A stretch of 64,000 bases of DNA, taken from NCBI GenBank assembly GCA_944363505.1, contig CALVUD010000001.1, positions 85,633-149,632 on the forward strand, read 5' to 3'. Under the pieces are notes generated by a model. It was not told where the DNA came from. It saw only the letters and a program-made list of their open reading frames with translations, and searched no databases. Numbering within the stretch: position 1 is the stretch's first letter; every line of letters starts with the position of its first letter. Shown piece by piece: positions 55,665 through 64,000 of this stretch. The stretch comes from an uncultured Clostridia bacterium. GTDB taxonomy: Bacteria; Bacillota; Clostridia; Christensenellales; DTU072. Made by a program: the position numbers and the translations under genes.

Positions 55665-56676
55665 TTTTTTGCTTTATCAGCCCTATGATCTCATCGAAAA
55701 CGCAATCGTTCGAAACTTGTTTATAAGGCTTTCCTCCTTTGAAAATCAACGACTTTTCTTTTCCGCCGCATACGCCTATCTCGGCGCCGCGACTTTCACC
55801 GATACCGTTTACCGCGCAACCCATGACCGCAACCTTCACGGGAACTCTGCACTCCGCGGTCAGTTCTTCTATGCGCTCGGCAAATCCGTTCACGTCGATC
55901 TGAGTCCTGGCGCAAGTCGGACAGGCAATAACTTCCACAAAATCCTTCCTGGCGCCCGCCGCGCGCAAAATTCTGTATCCCCAGTCGACTTCGTATATCG
56001 GGTCGCCCGAGAGCGAAACACGCAACGTATCGCCTATACCGTCCAACAACAACGCTCCTATCGCTATTGCCGATTTTAAGGAACCGGAACGTCTCGTTCC
56101 CGCTTCCGTCAGCCCTATATGTAACGGATGCGCGCTCATTTTATCCAGCGCGCGATACGCCTCCACCGTCCTTTTTACGTCCGAACTTTTTACCGCGAGA
56201 ACCAAATCGGTCAATCCGAAGTCCTCGAGACGTTTCGCACAATCCGCAGTCATTTCCGCGAGACGCTTCGGTGAAACCTCTTCTTTTAACGACCCTTCGT
56301 TTACGCCGATCCTGACGGGGATTCGTCTTTCCGTTGCCGCATCGGCGATGTTTTTCAGCGCCGACGCGGGCATATTGACGGGATTCAGCCTGAGTTTGTG
56401 AACGCCCGCCTCGATCGAAGCTATGGCTATGTCGGGATCGTAATGCACGTCCGCGACGATCGGAGCGTCGGTTTCCGAGATTATTTCCTTCAGCGCCGCG
56501 GCGGATCTTAAATCGGGTACCGAAACGCGCACTATGTCGGCGCCGGCTTTTTTCAGGCGCAGTACAGATCCGACGGTGGCTTTCACGTCGGAAGTTGAGG
56601 TGTTTGTCATCGTTTGCACGCTGACGGGGGCGCCTCCTCCTATTTGCACATCTTTAACGAATACGCTTTTTTTCAT
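55654..56676 (-). CDS. ispG: 4-hydroxy-3-methylbut-2-en-1-yl diphosphate synthase (flavodoxin)
   Basis: VQIGGGAPVSVQTMTNT, RVSV, GLTEAG, and the cysteine ligands in ACPTCART and GCAVNG. Confidence 0.93.
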   Translation of the reverse strand: MKKSVFVKDVQIGGGAPVSVQTMTNTSTSDVKATVGSVLRLKKAGADIVRVSVPDLRSAAALKEIISETDAPIVADVHYDPDIAIASIEAGVHKLRLNPVNMPASALKNIADAATERRIPVRIGVNEGSLKEEVSPKRLAEMTADCAKRLEDFGLTDLVLAVKSSDVKRTVEAYRALDKMSAHPLHIGLTEAGTRRSGSLKSAIAIGALLLDGIGDTLRVSLSGDPIYEVDWGYRILRAAGARKDFVEVIACPTCARTQIDVNGFAERIEELTAECRVPVKVAVMGCAVNGIGESRGAEIGVCGGKEKSLIFKGGKPYKQVSNDCVFDEIIGLIKQKIGE

Positions 56677-56685
56677 CTTGAACTG

Positions 56686-57801
56686 CTATGTGGTGGCGAA
56701 TCTGAATATATCCACGAAGATCGCGAACAGCAACAGAGCCACGAAACCGACCGCGTGGATCACGGCTTCGACCTTTTTGTTGATCGGTTTTTTGAATATC
56801 CATTCTATCAGGCAGAACAGCATCCTTGAGCCGTCGAGCGCCGGCAAAGGCAACAGATTCATCACCGCGAGGTTAGCCGATACCAGGCATACGACGTAGC
56901 TCAGCGTCTGCATGCCGCCCGAAGCCGCTTCCGCCATGACGGTAATGGTAGTAACCGGACCGCCGATATTGCTTAACGCGAGCTTTCCCGTGATCAGACT
57001 GCCGAGGATCGCCAAAATCTTGTAAACCAGGAAGAACATAAACGAAAACGACCTGCCCAAAGCGAGTCCGAACGGCAGTTTGACCGCGCCCAGTCCCGAA
57101 GTGAATCCGAATCCGTAATAAGTTTTATAATTTCCCGTGGCTTCGTCGATTTCGGGGACAAAATTTCCGTTTTCGTCATAGCTACCCGATACGCAGGTGG
57201 TTTTCTGTATAGTCAGTTTAACGCGTTTGCCGTCGCGCAGAACGACGATATCGGCGGTGTCTCCTGCCTCCGAAAAAGCCGCCTGCGAATCTTCCTGCAA
57301 TAAAATATTAACGGTTTTACCGTCGACTCTGAGGAATACGTCGCCTTCCTCCAACACCAGAGCGTTCGGAGAATCGGCGTGAACGTACATGACCTGAGGC
57401 AGTATCTGTCCGTAACTGCAAAAGAATACGACAATCAGTATCCAACCCGAAATCAGGTTGAAAAACGCGCCCGAGAACAGGACTATCAGCCGCTTCCACG
57501 GCGCCTGTTTTTCAAAGGCACCGGGGGAAGTGTTCTCGGCGTCGTCCTCACCCTCGAACGAACAAAAGCCGCCGAGCGGTATCGGACGGATGGAAAATAC
57601 TTCGCCGTTTTTCTTGTTGACGCGCTTGAAAATCGCCGGTCCGAAGCCGATACCGAACTCGTTGATCTTGAATCCGAGCAGTTTCCCCGCCAGATAATGT
57701 CCCAGCTCGTGTATCACGACCATGAACATCAGCGCCAAAAGCCCTAAAAGAATATACCCTACGGTAGTCATAACGCTTTGAAACGTAGCCGCAAGCATCA
57801 A
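56686..57801 (-). CDS. rseP: RIP site-2 metalloprotease RseP/RasP
   Basis: HELGHY zinc motif, central PDZ-like segment, NLLPLPALDG motif. Confidence 0.92.
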   Translation of the reverse strand: MMLAATFQSVMTTVGYILLGLLALMFMVVIHELGHYLAGKLLGFKINEFGIGFGPAIFKRVNKKNGEVFSIRPIPLGGFCSFEGEDDAENTSPGAFEKQAPWKRLIVLFSGAFFNLISGWILIVVFFCSYGQILPQVMYVHADSPNALVLEEGDVFLRVDGKTVNILLQEDSQAAFSEAGDTADIVVLRDGKRVKLTIQKTTCVSGSYDENGNFVPEIDEATGNYKTYYGFGFTSGLGAVKLPFGLALGRSFSFMFFLVYKILAILGSLITGKLALSNIGGPVTTITVMAEAASGGMQTLSYVVCLVSANLAVMNLLPLPALDGSRMLFCLIEWIFKKPINKKVEAVIHAVGFVALLLFAIFVDIFRFATT

Positions 57802-58943
57802 TTATATCCTCCGATATTCCTTAGAATATATTCTTTGACTTCCGACGTAATTCTATTTAACGAATCAAGGTCGTATATTTCTTCTCCCGACGCAAAGCGT
57901 CCGAGGGCGTCCTCGACGGCGCGGGAAACGCCGTAAAAAGATATTTTCCCGTCGATATAAGCGTCAACCGCGACTTCGTCGGCAGACGTAAGCACTGCGC
58001 CCGCGCGGTCGGTTTTGAAACTCATCGCCATTTCGGCAAGTTTCAGACACGGGAATCTGTCGTAATCGGGTTCTGTATATTCGAAACCGTTCAACGCTTT
58101 TAATCCTATCGCTTCCGAAAATCCGAGATCGATGCGTTTCGGCATAGTCAACGCGTAAGCGACGGGTATGCGCATATCGGGACGCGAAGCGTATAATTTC
58201 AGACTGCCGTCCTTAAAAGACGCCGCGCCGTGTACCACGCTTTCGCGGTGGATGACGGCTTTCACGTTATCTATACCGAACAGGTTTCTCGCCTCTATCA
58301 GTTCCAGTCCCTTGTTCATCAGAGTAGCGCAGTCTACGGTAACCTTTTTTCCCATTTTCCAGTTCGGGTGTTCGAGCGCTTTCTCGGCGGGCATCTCGGC
58401 TATCCGCTCCTTGGAAAAATCCCTGAAGGCGCCACCCGACGCCGTAAGCGTCAGAGCCGTTACGTCATCCTTGTTTTCTCCGAGAAGGCATTGATATATC
58501 GCGGAATGTTCGGAATCCAGAGGTATTATCTCTTGCTTTTTTTCTTTTGCGAGACGCACGATATTCATACCGAACGCCACGAGACTTTCTTTGTTTGCGG
58601 TTATCAAGGCGCATCCCGCTTCCAAAGCCCTGACAGACGATTCGACTCCCTTAAGTCCGCCAATACCGTTGATGACGAGGTCTATATCCGAATAGGTTTC
58701 GACGTAATTCAAACATTCCGTGGAAGTTACCTCGGAGGCTTTTCCTTTTAATCCCGACGCACCGTCGGAAACGACGGTAATCTTTTCGTCGTCGGCAAAC
58801 CGGGAATAAAGCTCCTTCCCGCGCGAAGAACAGGCGACGAAAACGAGTTCGAAATCGACGATACCTTTCAGTTTTTCCAATACTTCCAGCGTCTGGGTAC
58901 CTATTGAACCCGTCGCGCCGAGAAGCGCTATACGTTTTGTCAT
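57798..58943 (-). CDS. dxr: 1-deoxy-D-xylulose 5-phosphate reductoisomerase
   Basis: LLGATGSIGTQTL, PLDSEHSAIYQCL, HPNWKMGKKVTVDCATLMNKGLE. Confidence 0.95.
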   Translation of the reverse strand: MTKRIALLGATGSIGTQTLEVLEKLKGIVDFELVFVACSSRGKELYSRFADDEKITVVSDGASGLKGKASEVTSTECLNYVETYSDIDLVINGIGGLKGVESSVRALEAGCALITANKESLVAFGMNIVRLAKEKKQEIIPLDSEHSAIYQCLLGENKDDVTALTLTASGGAFRDFSKERIAEMPAEKALEHPNWKMGKKVTVDCATLMNKGLELIEARNLFGIDNVKAVIHRESVVHGAASFKDGSLKLYASRPDMRIPVAYALTMPKRIDLGFSEAIGLKALNGFEYTEPDYDRFPCLKLAEMAMSFKTDRAGAVLTSADEVAVDAYIDGKISFYGVSRAVEDALGRFASGEEIYDLDSLNRITSEVKEYILRNIGGYN

Positions 58944-59800
58944 TATACGATGAACTCCATGACTATCGCCGTCAGCAACACGGCGAAAATAATGCTGTCG
59001 AGCCTGTCTATTAGCCCGCCGTGAGCGCCGAGCGCGTGCGAAAAATCCTTTATCTGCAATTCGCGTTTAATGCGCGAAGCGAAGAGGTCGCCGAACTCGG
59101 AAACGATCGCTATAGCGGTGCCCGTAAGACAATAAAACAGAATGTAGGTGGTCGGGAACAACGCCGTGAAAGTGATTGCGGCGTTTATCGGCAAAGGAGC
59201 GACTTCGAAAAGTGCGTAAACTATCATCGCGCCGCCCGCGCCGCCTAAAAGCCCTGTTATCGAACCTGCATACGTTTTATTGGGGCTGATCGACGGAAAG
59301 ATCTTTTTACCGCCGATAAGGCTGCCCGCATAGTAAGCCAATGCGTCGGAAAGCATTGCCGCGGCGGCGGCTACAAGCAGCGGCAGCATACCGTAAAGCG
59401 ACGTCATCGTCAGCGCCACGCCTATAGGCATTACGGGATAAACGAGTATAAACACGCTCATCAGCATGTCTTTCAGAGTAACGCGGCTGTCGAATACGAA
59501 AAATCCGAACGCGACTGCGGCGGATACGCCCATCGTTACCCACAGTCCCGTATAACCGAAGAACGTGATCATCGGATAAATCGCGGCGACGGCAAGACAG
59601 ATCGGGAAAACGGTTACGTTATAACCCGCCTTTTTGACCGCGGCGATCATTTCGTAAGCCGCAAAAGCCATGACGACGATCAGTAACGCGTCGAAGAAAG
59701 GCTGACCTTTGCCGTCCCACAATCCCGTCAGAAAAATAAATCCCAACAGGACCGCCAAAAGCGCCAGTCCTATGACCGTTCTTTTCAGAAATTTTTTCAT
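58943..59800 (-). CDS. cdsA: phosphatidate cytidylyltransferase
   Basis: Polytopic membrane protein with the C-terminal CTP-transferase signature SRIKRELQIKDFSHALGAHGGLIDRLDS. Confidence 0.92.
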   Translation of the reverse strand: MKKFLKRTVIGLALLAVLLGFIFLTGLWDGKGQPFFDALLIVVMAFAAYEMIAAVKKAGYNVTVFPICLAVAAIYPMITFFGYTGLWVTMGVSAAVAFGFFVFDSRVTLKDMLMSVFILVYPVMPIGVALTMTSLYGMLPLLVAAAAAMLSDALAYYAGSLIGGKKIFPSISPNKTYAGSITGLLGGAGGAMIVYALFEVAPLPINAAITFTALFPTTYILFYCLTGTAIAIVSEFGDLFASRIKRELQIKDFSHALGAHGGLIDRLDSIIFAVLLTAIVMEFIV

Positions 59801-60492
59801 CGTTCGGTCCTCCCGAATTTGCGTTTTATGCGCTTATACGCCTTCATAAGATCGTAAATGTCTCCTTTTGAAGCGTCGGGGAAAAGTTTATCGGAGAAAA
59901 ACAGTTCCGCATACGCCGTTCTGAACGGCAAAAAGCCCGACAAACGCCTGAATCCGCCGTATCTTATCACCGCGTCGACGGGCGGCAGCGCCGCCGAATA
60001 CATATATCTCTCGACTTCTTCGATACTCGCCTCAGTATAATCGGCGTTAAGCAATTTTTGTGTAAAGACATAGTTGAAAGCGGCGGCGACTTCCTCCATT
60101 TCGTCGTAAGCGAACACGAAAGAAACGGTCAGCCCCTTGTTGTTGATGGTTTTTGCGTTTATCCTCGAAATACACGCCATAAGTTCGGGGGTCAGCTTTT
60201 TAAAATCGCCCACGAACAACATCTTGTATCCTCGCGCTTCGGCTATGGGCAAAAGCGTTTCCGTCAGATATTCGACGTAAACCGAGGAAAGCGACAGCGA
60301 AAACGCTTCGCCGCGCTGCATGTTTTCGAGACTGGAGGCGTAGAAAGTTACGAACTTCAAATTAAGCTCGTCCGCCGCGTCGATAATGTCGGTGATCGCT
60401 TCGGTACCGCGGACGTATCCGTTCACGCGCAAAAGCCCGCGCTCGAAAGCCCAACGCCCGCCACCGTCCGGGATAACGGCAAGGTGCCTCAT
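59797..60492 (-). CDS. uppS: cis-prenyltransferase (undecaprenyl diphosphate synthase family), sequence-divergent
   Basis: It occupies the canonical frr-uppS-cdsA slot. HLAVIPDGGGRWA, YASSLENMQR and IRYGGFRRLSGFLPFRTAYAELFF align to the UppS motifs, with substitutions at several usually invariant positions. Confidence 0.75.
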   Translation of the reverse strand: MRHLAVIPDGGGRWAFERGLLRVNGYVRGTEAITDIIDAADELNLKFVTFYASSLENMQRGEAFSLSLSSVYVEYLTETLLPIAEARGYKMLFVGDFKKLTPELMACISRINAKTINNKGLTVSFVFAYDEMEEVAAAFNYVFTQKLLNADYTEASIEEVERYMYSAALPPVDAVIRYGGFRRLSGFLPFRTAYAELFFSDKLFPDASKGDIYDLMKAYKRIKRKFGRTER

Positions 60493-60493
60493 C

Positions 60494-61072
60494 TTATACG
60501 CTCATTATCTCCGCTTCTTTTTCACGGCAGAGTTTATCGACCTCGGCTATGGAATCGGCGACGACTTTGTCCACGTCCTTTTCGAGGTTGAACAGGTCGT
60601 CCTCGGTTATGACCGAGTCTTTCTTGAACGAACGCAGGGATTCGACCGAATCGCGGCGGATATTCCTCAACGCGACTTTGGCGTTTTCGCCGAGCACCTT
60701 GACTTCTTTACTCAGCTGTTTGCGCCTCTCCTCGGTAAGTTCGGGGAACACCATTCTCAAGACCTTGCCGTCGTTGGAGGGGAAGATACCCACGTTCGCG
60801 GCGATGATGGCTTTTTCGACGTTCTTCAATGCAGATTGATCCCACACGTTTATGACCAGAAGGCGCGCTTCGGGAATGGTAATGTTGGCTATCTGATTCA
60901 GCGGCGTGTCCACGCCGTAATAGGAAACGGTTATCTTGTCGAGTATATGCGGATTGGCTCGTCCCGCCCTCATCCCCGCGAGTTCGCCGGAAAGATTCTG
61001 GGTGGTTTTCTTGACGCGGTCGTTCAGGTCGTCGAACACCAATGCGACTTCTTCTACTTCGTAGTTTGCCAT
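60494..61072 (-). CDS. frr: ribosome recycling factor
   Basis: LAGMRAGRANPHILDKITVSYYG, ITIPEARLLVINVWD, LTEERRKQLSKEVK. Confidence 0.95.
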   Translation of the reverse strand: MANYEVEEVALVFDDLNDRVKKTTQNLSGELAGMRAGRANPHILDKITVSYYGVDTPLNQIANITIPEARLLVINVWDQSALKNVEKAIIAANVGIFPSNDGKVLRMVFPELTEERRKQLSKEVKVLGENAKVALRNIRRDSVESLRSFKKDSVITEDDLFNLEKDVDKVVADSIAEVDKLCREKEAEIMSV

Positions 61073-61104
61073 AATTGCTCCTTGTCGAAAATTTATTAAT
61101 TAAT

Positions 61105-61134
61105 ATTTTAGCATACATATGCGCAAAAATTCAA
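61105..61134 (-). promoter_or_regulatory. frr promoter
   Basis: On the minus strand, TTGAAT (61134-61129), 18 nt spacer ending in TGC, TAAAAT (61110-61105). Confidence 0.5.
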
Positions 61135-61554
61135 GAATAAAATATAATTTGCCGTACCCTTTCCGGAAGCTTTTCAAATGATTTTATCGGACCCAAAAAA
61201 TTAACGTTTTTGTTGCTTAGGCTACCTAATTATTACATTTTTGGAACATACGCATTATCGGTCCGACGACAAAAGATTTTAGCAGAAAAAATTAAAAAAG
61301 TACCGTAACGGCATTTTATTGCGCGTCGTTACGGCAAAGAAAATTTTTAAAGAAATCGCGATTGGAATTGACTTCGTTCAGCTTTCGTTTTACCCTTAAT
61401 ACGTCGCGGCGCCGCCGGAGAAAACCATGTTAAACGAAATGCTCTCCGGGCGCTTCAGCTTGCGGTTGCCGCACGCCACGGCGGAAAACGATTTAATATC
61501 GTATCGAGCGCAAGTAATACGTTTCCCTCGAGTTCTACGGCGTACCCGAAAACC

Positions 61555-61593
61555 TCAATACAAAAAACGGACGGATGCATATCCGTCCGTTTA
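61555..61593 (-). terminator. rho-independent terminator after pyrH
   Basis: On the minus strand, AAACGGACGGAT-ATGC-ATCCGTCCGTTT is followed by TTTGTATT (a run of six T overall). Confidence 0.85.
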
Positions 61594-61618
61594 AATCATG
61601 CGACACGCGCTTTGAATT

Positions 61619-62326
61619 TTAATATATCACGGTTCCGAGCGGCTCGCCTGAAACAACGCGTTTTATGCTGTCGGGTTCGTTGAGTCCGAACGCCACGACG
61701 GGGATCTTGTTCGTCATGCACAGGCTGACCGCGGTTGTGTCCATGGCGGTAAGTCCTCTGGAAATGAACTCCATCGCCGAAATTTTGTCGAATTTGACGG
61801 CTTTCGGGTTGATTTTCGGGTCGGAATCGTATATCCCGTCCACGTTCTTTGCAAGAAGCAACACGTCGGCTTTTATTTCGGCGGCTCTGAGCGCCGCGGC
61901 GGTATCCGTCGTGAAATAAGGATTTCCCGTTCCGCAGCCGAATATGACCACCCTGCCCTTTTCCAGGTGCCTTAGCGCCCTGCGTATGATATAGGGTTCG
62001 GCGACCTGAGTCATTTGTAGCGCCGTCTGTACGCGCGTATGCACGCCCGCTTTTTCCAGGGCATCCTGAAGCGCCATACAGTTCAAAACCGTTGCCACCA
62101 TGCCCATATAGTCGGCCGTTGCTCTGTCCATCGACGTTCCCTGTCTGCCGCGCCAGAAGTTGCCCGCGCCGACCACCACGCCGATATCGACGCCCATGTC
62201 GTGCACGGCTTTCAGTTCGTTCACCACGCCCGCGACGACGTCGTTATCCAGGCCGAAACCGCTTGCGCCGGCCAGCGCTTCGCCCGACAGTTTGATAAGC
62301 ACTCGTCTGTATTTAAGTTCCTGCAT
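61619..62326 (-). CDS. pyrH: UMP kinase
   Basis: [42 protein letters not shown]. Start set at the ATG at 62326 with GAGGTG RBS. Confidence 0.95.
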   Translation of the reverse strand: MQELKYRRVLIKLSGEALAGASGFGLDNDVVAGVVNELKAVHDMGVDIGVVVGAGNFWRGRQGTSMDRATADYMGMVATVLNCMALQDALEKAGVHTRVQTALQMTQVAEPYIIRRALRHLEKGRVVIFGCGTGNPYFTTDTAAALRAAEIKADVLLLAKNVDGIYDSDPKINPKAVKFDKISAMEFISRGLTAMDTTAVSLCMTNKIPVVAFGLNEPDSIKRVVSGEPLGTVIY

Positions 62327-62334
62327 ATACACCT

Positions 62335-62365
62335 CAAAAAAAACGGGATACAAAGCGTATCCCGT
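62335..62365 (-). terminator. terminator/attenuator hairpin between tsf and pyrH
   Basis: On the minus strand, ACGGGATAC-GCTTT-GTATCCCGT is followed by TTTTTTTT, which runs straight into the pyrH RBS. Confidence 0.75.
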
Positions 62366-62374
62366 CAATCGGTT

Positions 62375-63046
62375 TTATTTTTTCATGCTTGCTACGGCTG
62401 CGTTGATTTCCTCTGCGAAGTTATCGACTTTCTTTTCAAGTCCTTCGCCCATTTCGTAGCGGGTGAAGCGGCGGATCGATACTTTTTCGCCGCACTTCGC
62501 GGTGCACTCGATTACGAGTTGTTTGATCTGCATCGCGGGATCCTTTACGAAAGCCTGCTCCAGCAACACGTTCTCTTTATAATAGGTTTCGAGTTTGCCT
62601 TCGACGATCTTTTCTTTGACCATATCGGGTTTGTTCGCCATCTTGGGATCGTTGTCGATCTGCGCTCTGGCGATGGCTTTTTCGTGCTCGATTATGTCGG
62701 CGGGAACCTCTTCCTTGGAAACGTACAAGGGCTTCGCGGCGGCTATCTGAAGCGCCACGTCGTGCACGAACGCGAGGAATCCTTCGCCCTTCGCGACGAA
62801 GTCGGTCTCGCAGTTTACTTCGACCAACACGCCGATCTTACCGCCCATGTGGATATAGGAGTCGACCACACCCTGGGAAGCGATCCTGCCCGCTTTCTTG
62901 GCGGCTGTGGCGATGCCTTTTTCTCTGAGCCACTCCATGGCCTTTTCGATGTCGCCGTCGGTCGCTACCAACGCCTTTTTGCAATCCATCATGCCCGCGC
63001 CTGTGCGCTGTCTCAAATCCTGAACGTCTTTAGCTGTGAATGCCAT
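62375..63046 (-). CDS. tsf: elongation factor Ts (short form)
   Basis: [26 protein letters not shown]-like N-terminus; 223 aa. Confidence 0.95.
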   Translation of the reverse strand: MAFTAKDVQDLRQRTGAGMMDCKKALVATDGDIEKAMEWLREKGIATAAKKAGRIASQGVVDSYIHMGGKIGVLVEVNCETDFVAKGEGFLAFVHDVALQIAAAKPLYVSKEEVPADIIEHEKAIARAQIDNDPKMANKPDMVKEKIVEGKLETYYKENVLLEQAFVKDPAMQIKQLVIECTAKCGEKVSIRRFTRYEMGEGLEKKVDNFAEEINAAVASMKK

Positions 63047-63075
63047 AATCTGTATTCTCCTTAAATGCTCTTAAA

Positions 63076-63855
63076 TTACTCTTCGGTAGCGGGTTCAAGG
63101 GTTTCGGCGAAGATTTCCTCCGCTTTTACGCTTTCGACCGCCTGTGCTTCCTCGGCAGAGGGCAGATATTCGACGCCTTCCTTGGCGGCGATAACGGCGT
63201 CGGCGATGATGCTGGCGATAAGTTTTACCGCGCGGATAGCGTCGTCGTTGCCGGGGATAACGTAATCGACGAGGTCGGGGTCGCAGTTGGTGTCGACGAG
63301 TCCCACGATCGGGATACCGAGAGCGCGCGCTTCTTTTACCGCGATATGCTCGATCCTGAGGTCAACCACGAACAGAGCGCCGGGCAGAGTACGCATATTC
63401 TTTATGCCGCCCAGGTTCTTTTCGAGAGTATCTCTCTCCGCTTTGAGTTTTATAACCTCTTTTTTTGGCAGAAGCTCGAATTCGCCGATGGCTTCCATCT
63501 GATTGAGCTTGTTAAGTTTATCGATACGGGTACGGATGGTCTGGAAATTGGTCAGCGTGCCGCCCAGCCATCTCTGGTTCATATAGAACATACCGCAACG
63601 CTCGGCTTCGGACTGAATGGCGTCCTGAGCCTGCTTTTTCTTTCCTACGAAAAGAACGCTCTTACCCTCGGAAACGACTTTGTGAATAAATTTGTACGCT
63701 TCCTCGATAAGGTCTACGGTGAGCTGAAGGTCTATGATGTGGATTTCGTTACGCGCGTCATAGATGTACTTCGCCATTTTCGGATTCCATTTTTTGGTTT
63801 GGTGACCGAAGTGAACGCCTGCTTCCAAAAGCTGCTTCATTGTGACAACTGCCAT
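63076..63855 (-). CDS. rpsB: 30S ribosomal protein S2
   Basis: [22 protein letters not shown]; start at the ATG at 63855 with AAGGAGG RBS. The track's upstream extension is rejected. Confidence 0.96.
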   Translation of the reverse strand: MAVVTMKQLLEAGVHFGHQTKKWNPKMAKYIYDARNEIHIIDLQLTVDLIEEAYKFIHKVVSEGKSVLFVGKKKQAQDAIQSEAERCGMFYMNQRWLGGTLTNFQTIRTRIDKLNKLNQMEAIGEFELLPKKEVIKLKAERDTLEKNLGGIKNMRTLPGALFVVDLRIEHIAVKEARALGIPIVGLVDTNCDPDLVDYVIPGNDDAIRAVKLIASIIADAVIAAKEGVEYLPSAEEAQAVESVKAEEIFAETLEPATEE

Positions 63856-63962
63856 ATTAAAATAACCTCCTTGTTTTTGTTCCTCCCCGCCTTTCCACGC
63901 CCGAGGCAACCTCTGTGAGGCAACCGCCCCGAACTCCGGACGGGTGCGTAATGGCTTCTAAT

Positions 63963-63991
63963 ATATTATCATAAGAATTAAAGGTTGGCAA
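63963..63991 (-). promoter_or_regulatory. candidate rpsB promoter
   Basis: On the minus strand, TTGCCA (63991-63986), 17 nt spacer, TAATAT (63968-63963). This implies a GC-rich leader of about 100 nt. Confidence 0.45.
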
Positions 63992-64000
63992 ACGTTTTTT

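Noticed and set aside
61427-61594. 55-aa ORF (MLNEMLSGRFSLRLPHATAENDL...) in the pyrH-frr spacer, plus strand.
   Set aside because: It is opposite in orientation to the operon, has no RBS, and its 3' end runs through the pyrH terminator hairpin. I treat the region as non-coding or a remnant.
1-64000. I looked for CRISPR arrays, rRNA genes, transposases or IS ends, group II introns, inteins, alternative genetic code usage, and long exact duplications or artificial-looking periodic patterns.
   Set aside because: None seen. The only regular repeats are the short ones reported above. TGA, TAA and TAG all function as stops at well-defined gene ends. My manual reading could miss dispersed repeats shorter than ~15 nt or diverged long repeats. 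A self-dot-plot would settle this.

Overview
This window reads as a chromosomal segment from a spore-forming, Clostridia-like Firmicute, roughly 50% GC by eye and using the standard genetic code. About 85% of it is tightly packed housekeeping genes, many with ATGA or GTGA start/stop overlaps. They fall into well-known Firmicute synteny blocks.

Plus-strand block: dac(partial)-rluB-surE-flavoprotein-cmk-ispH::rpsA-purB, then proC-rnhA.

Minus-strand blocks:
- miaB-mutS-mutL-miaA-ynbB
- pheS-pheT-mutS2-nifS-thiI
- rimP-nusA-ylxR-ylxQ-infB-rbfA-nrnA-truB-ribF
- rpsB-tsf-pyrH-frr-uppS-cdsA-dxr-rseP-ispG

One tRNA, Trp-CCA, is present. I saw no rRNA, CRISPR array, transposase or intact prophage.

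The unusual content sits in a few patches:
1. An islet between purB and tRNA-Trp holds a small XRE repressor and three paralogous TM2-domain membrane proteins, with a repeated operator-like motif over divergent promoters.
2. A run of an XerS-like tyrosine recombinase, lexA with SOS boxes, and a membrane-anchored PadR-fusion protein. It is followed by a visibly AT-rich ~2.7 kb island. The island contains 1.3 kb without credible ORFs, a perfect 18-nt tandem repeat, a frameshifted XRE gene and two orphan genes.
3. In the slot where polC normally lies there is a 509-aa protein. It looks like the PolC N-terminal, OB and exonuclease modules without any polymerase domain.
4. Other oddities are a single-chain tandem-OB SSB-like protein, a ~1176-aa repeat-plus-LRR surface protein, a divergent UppS, and an unexplained 0.55 kb spacer between pyrH and frr.

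All homology statements come from reading the translations against remembered family motifs. No searches or computations were run. GC statements are by eye.
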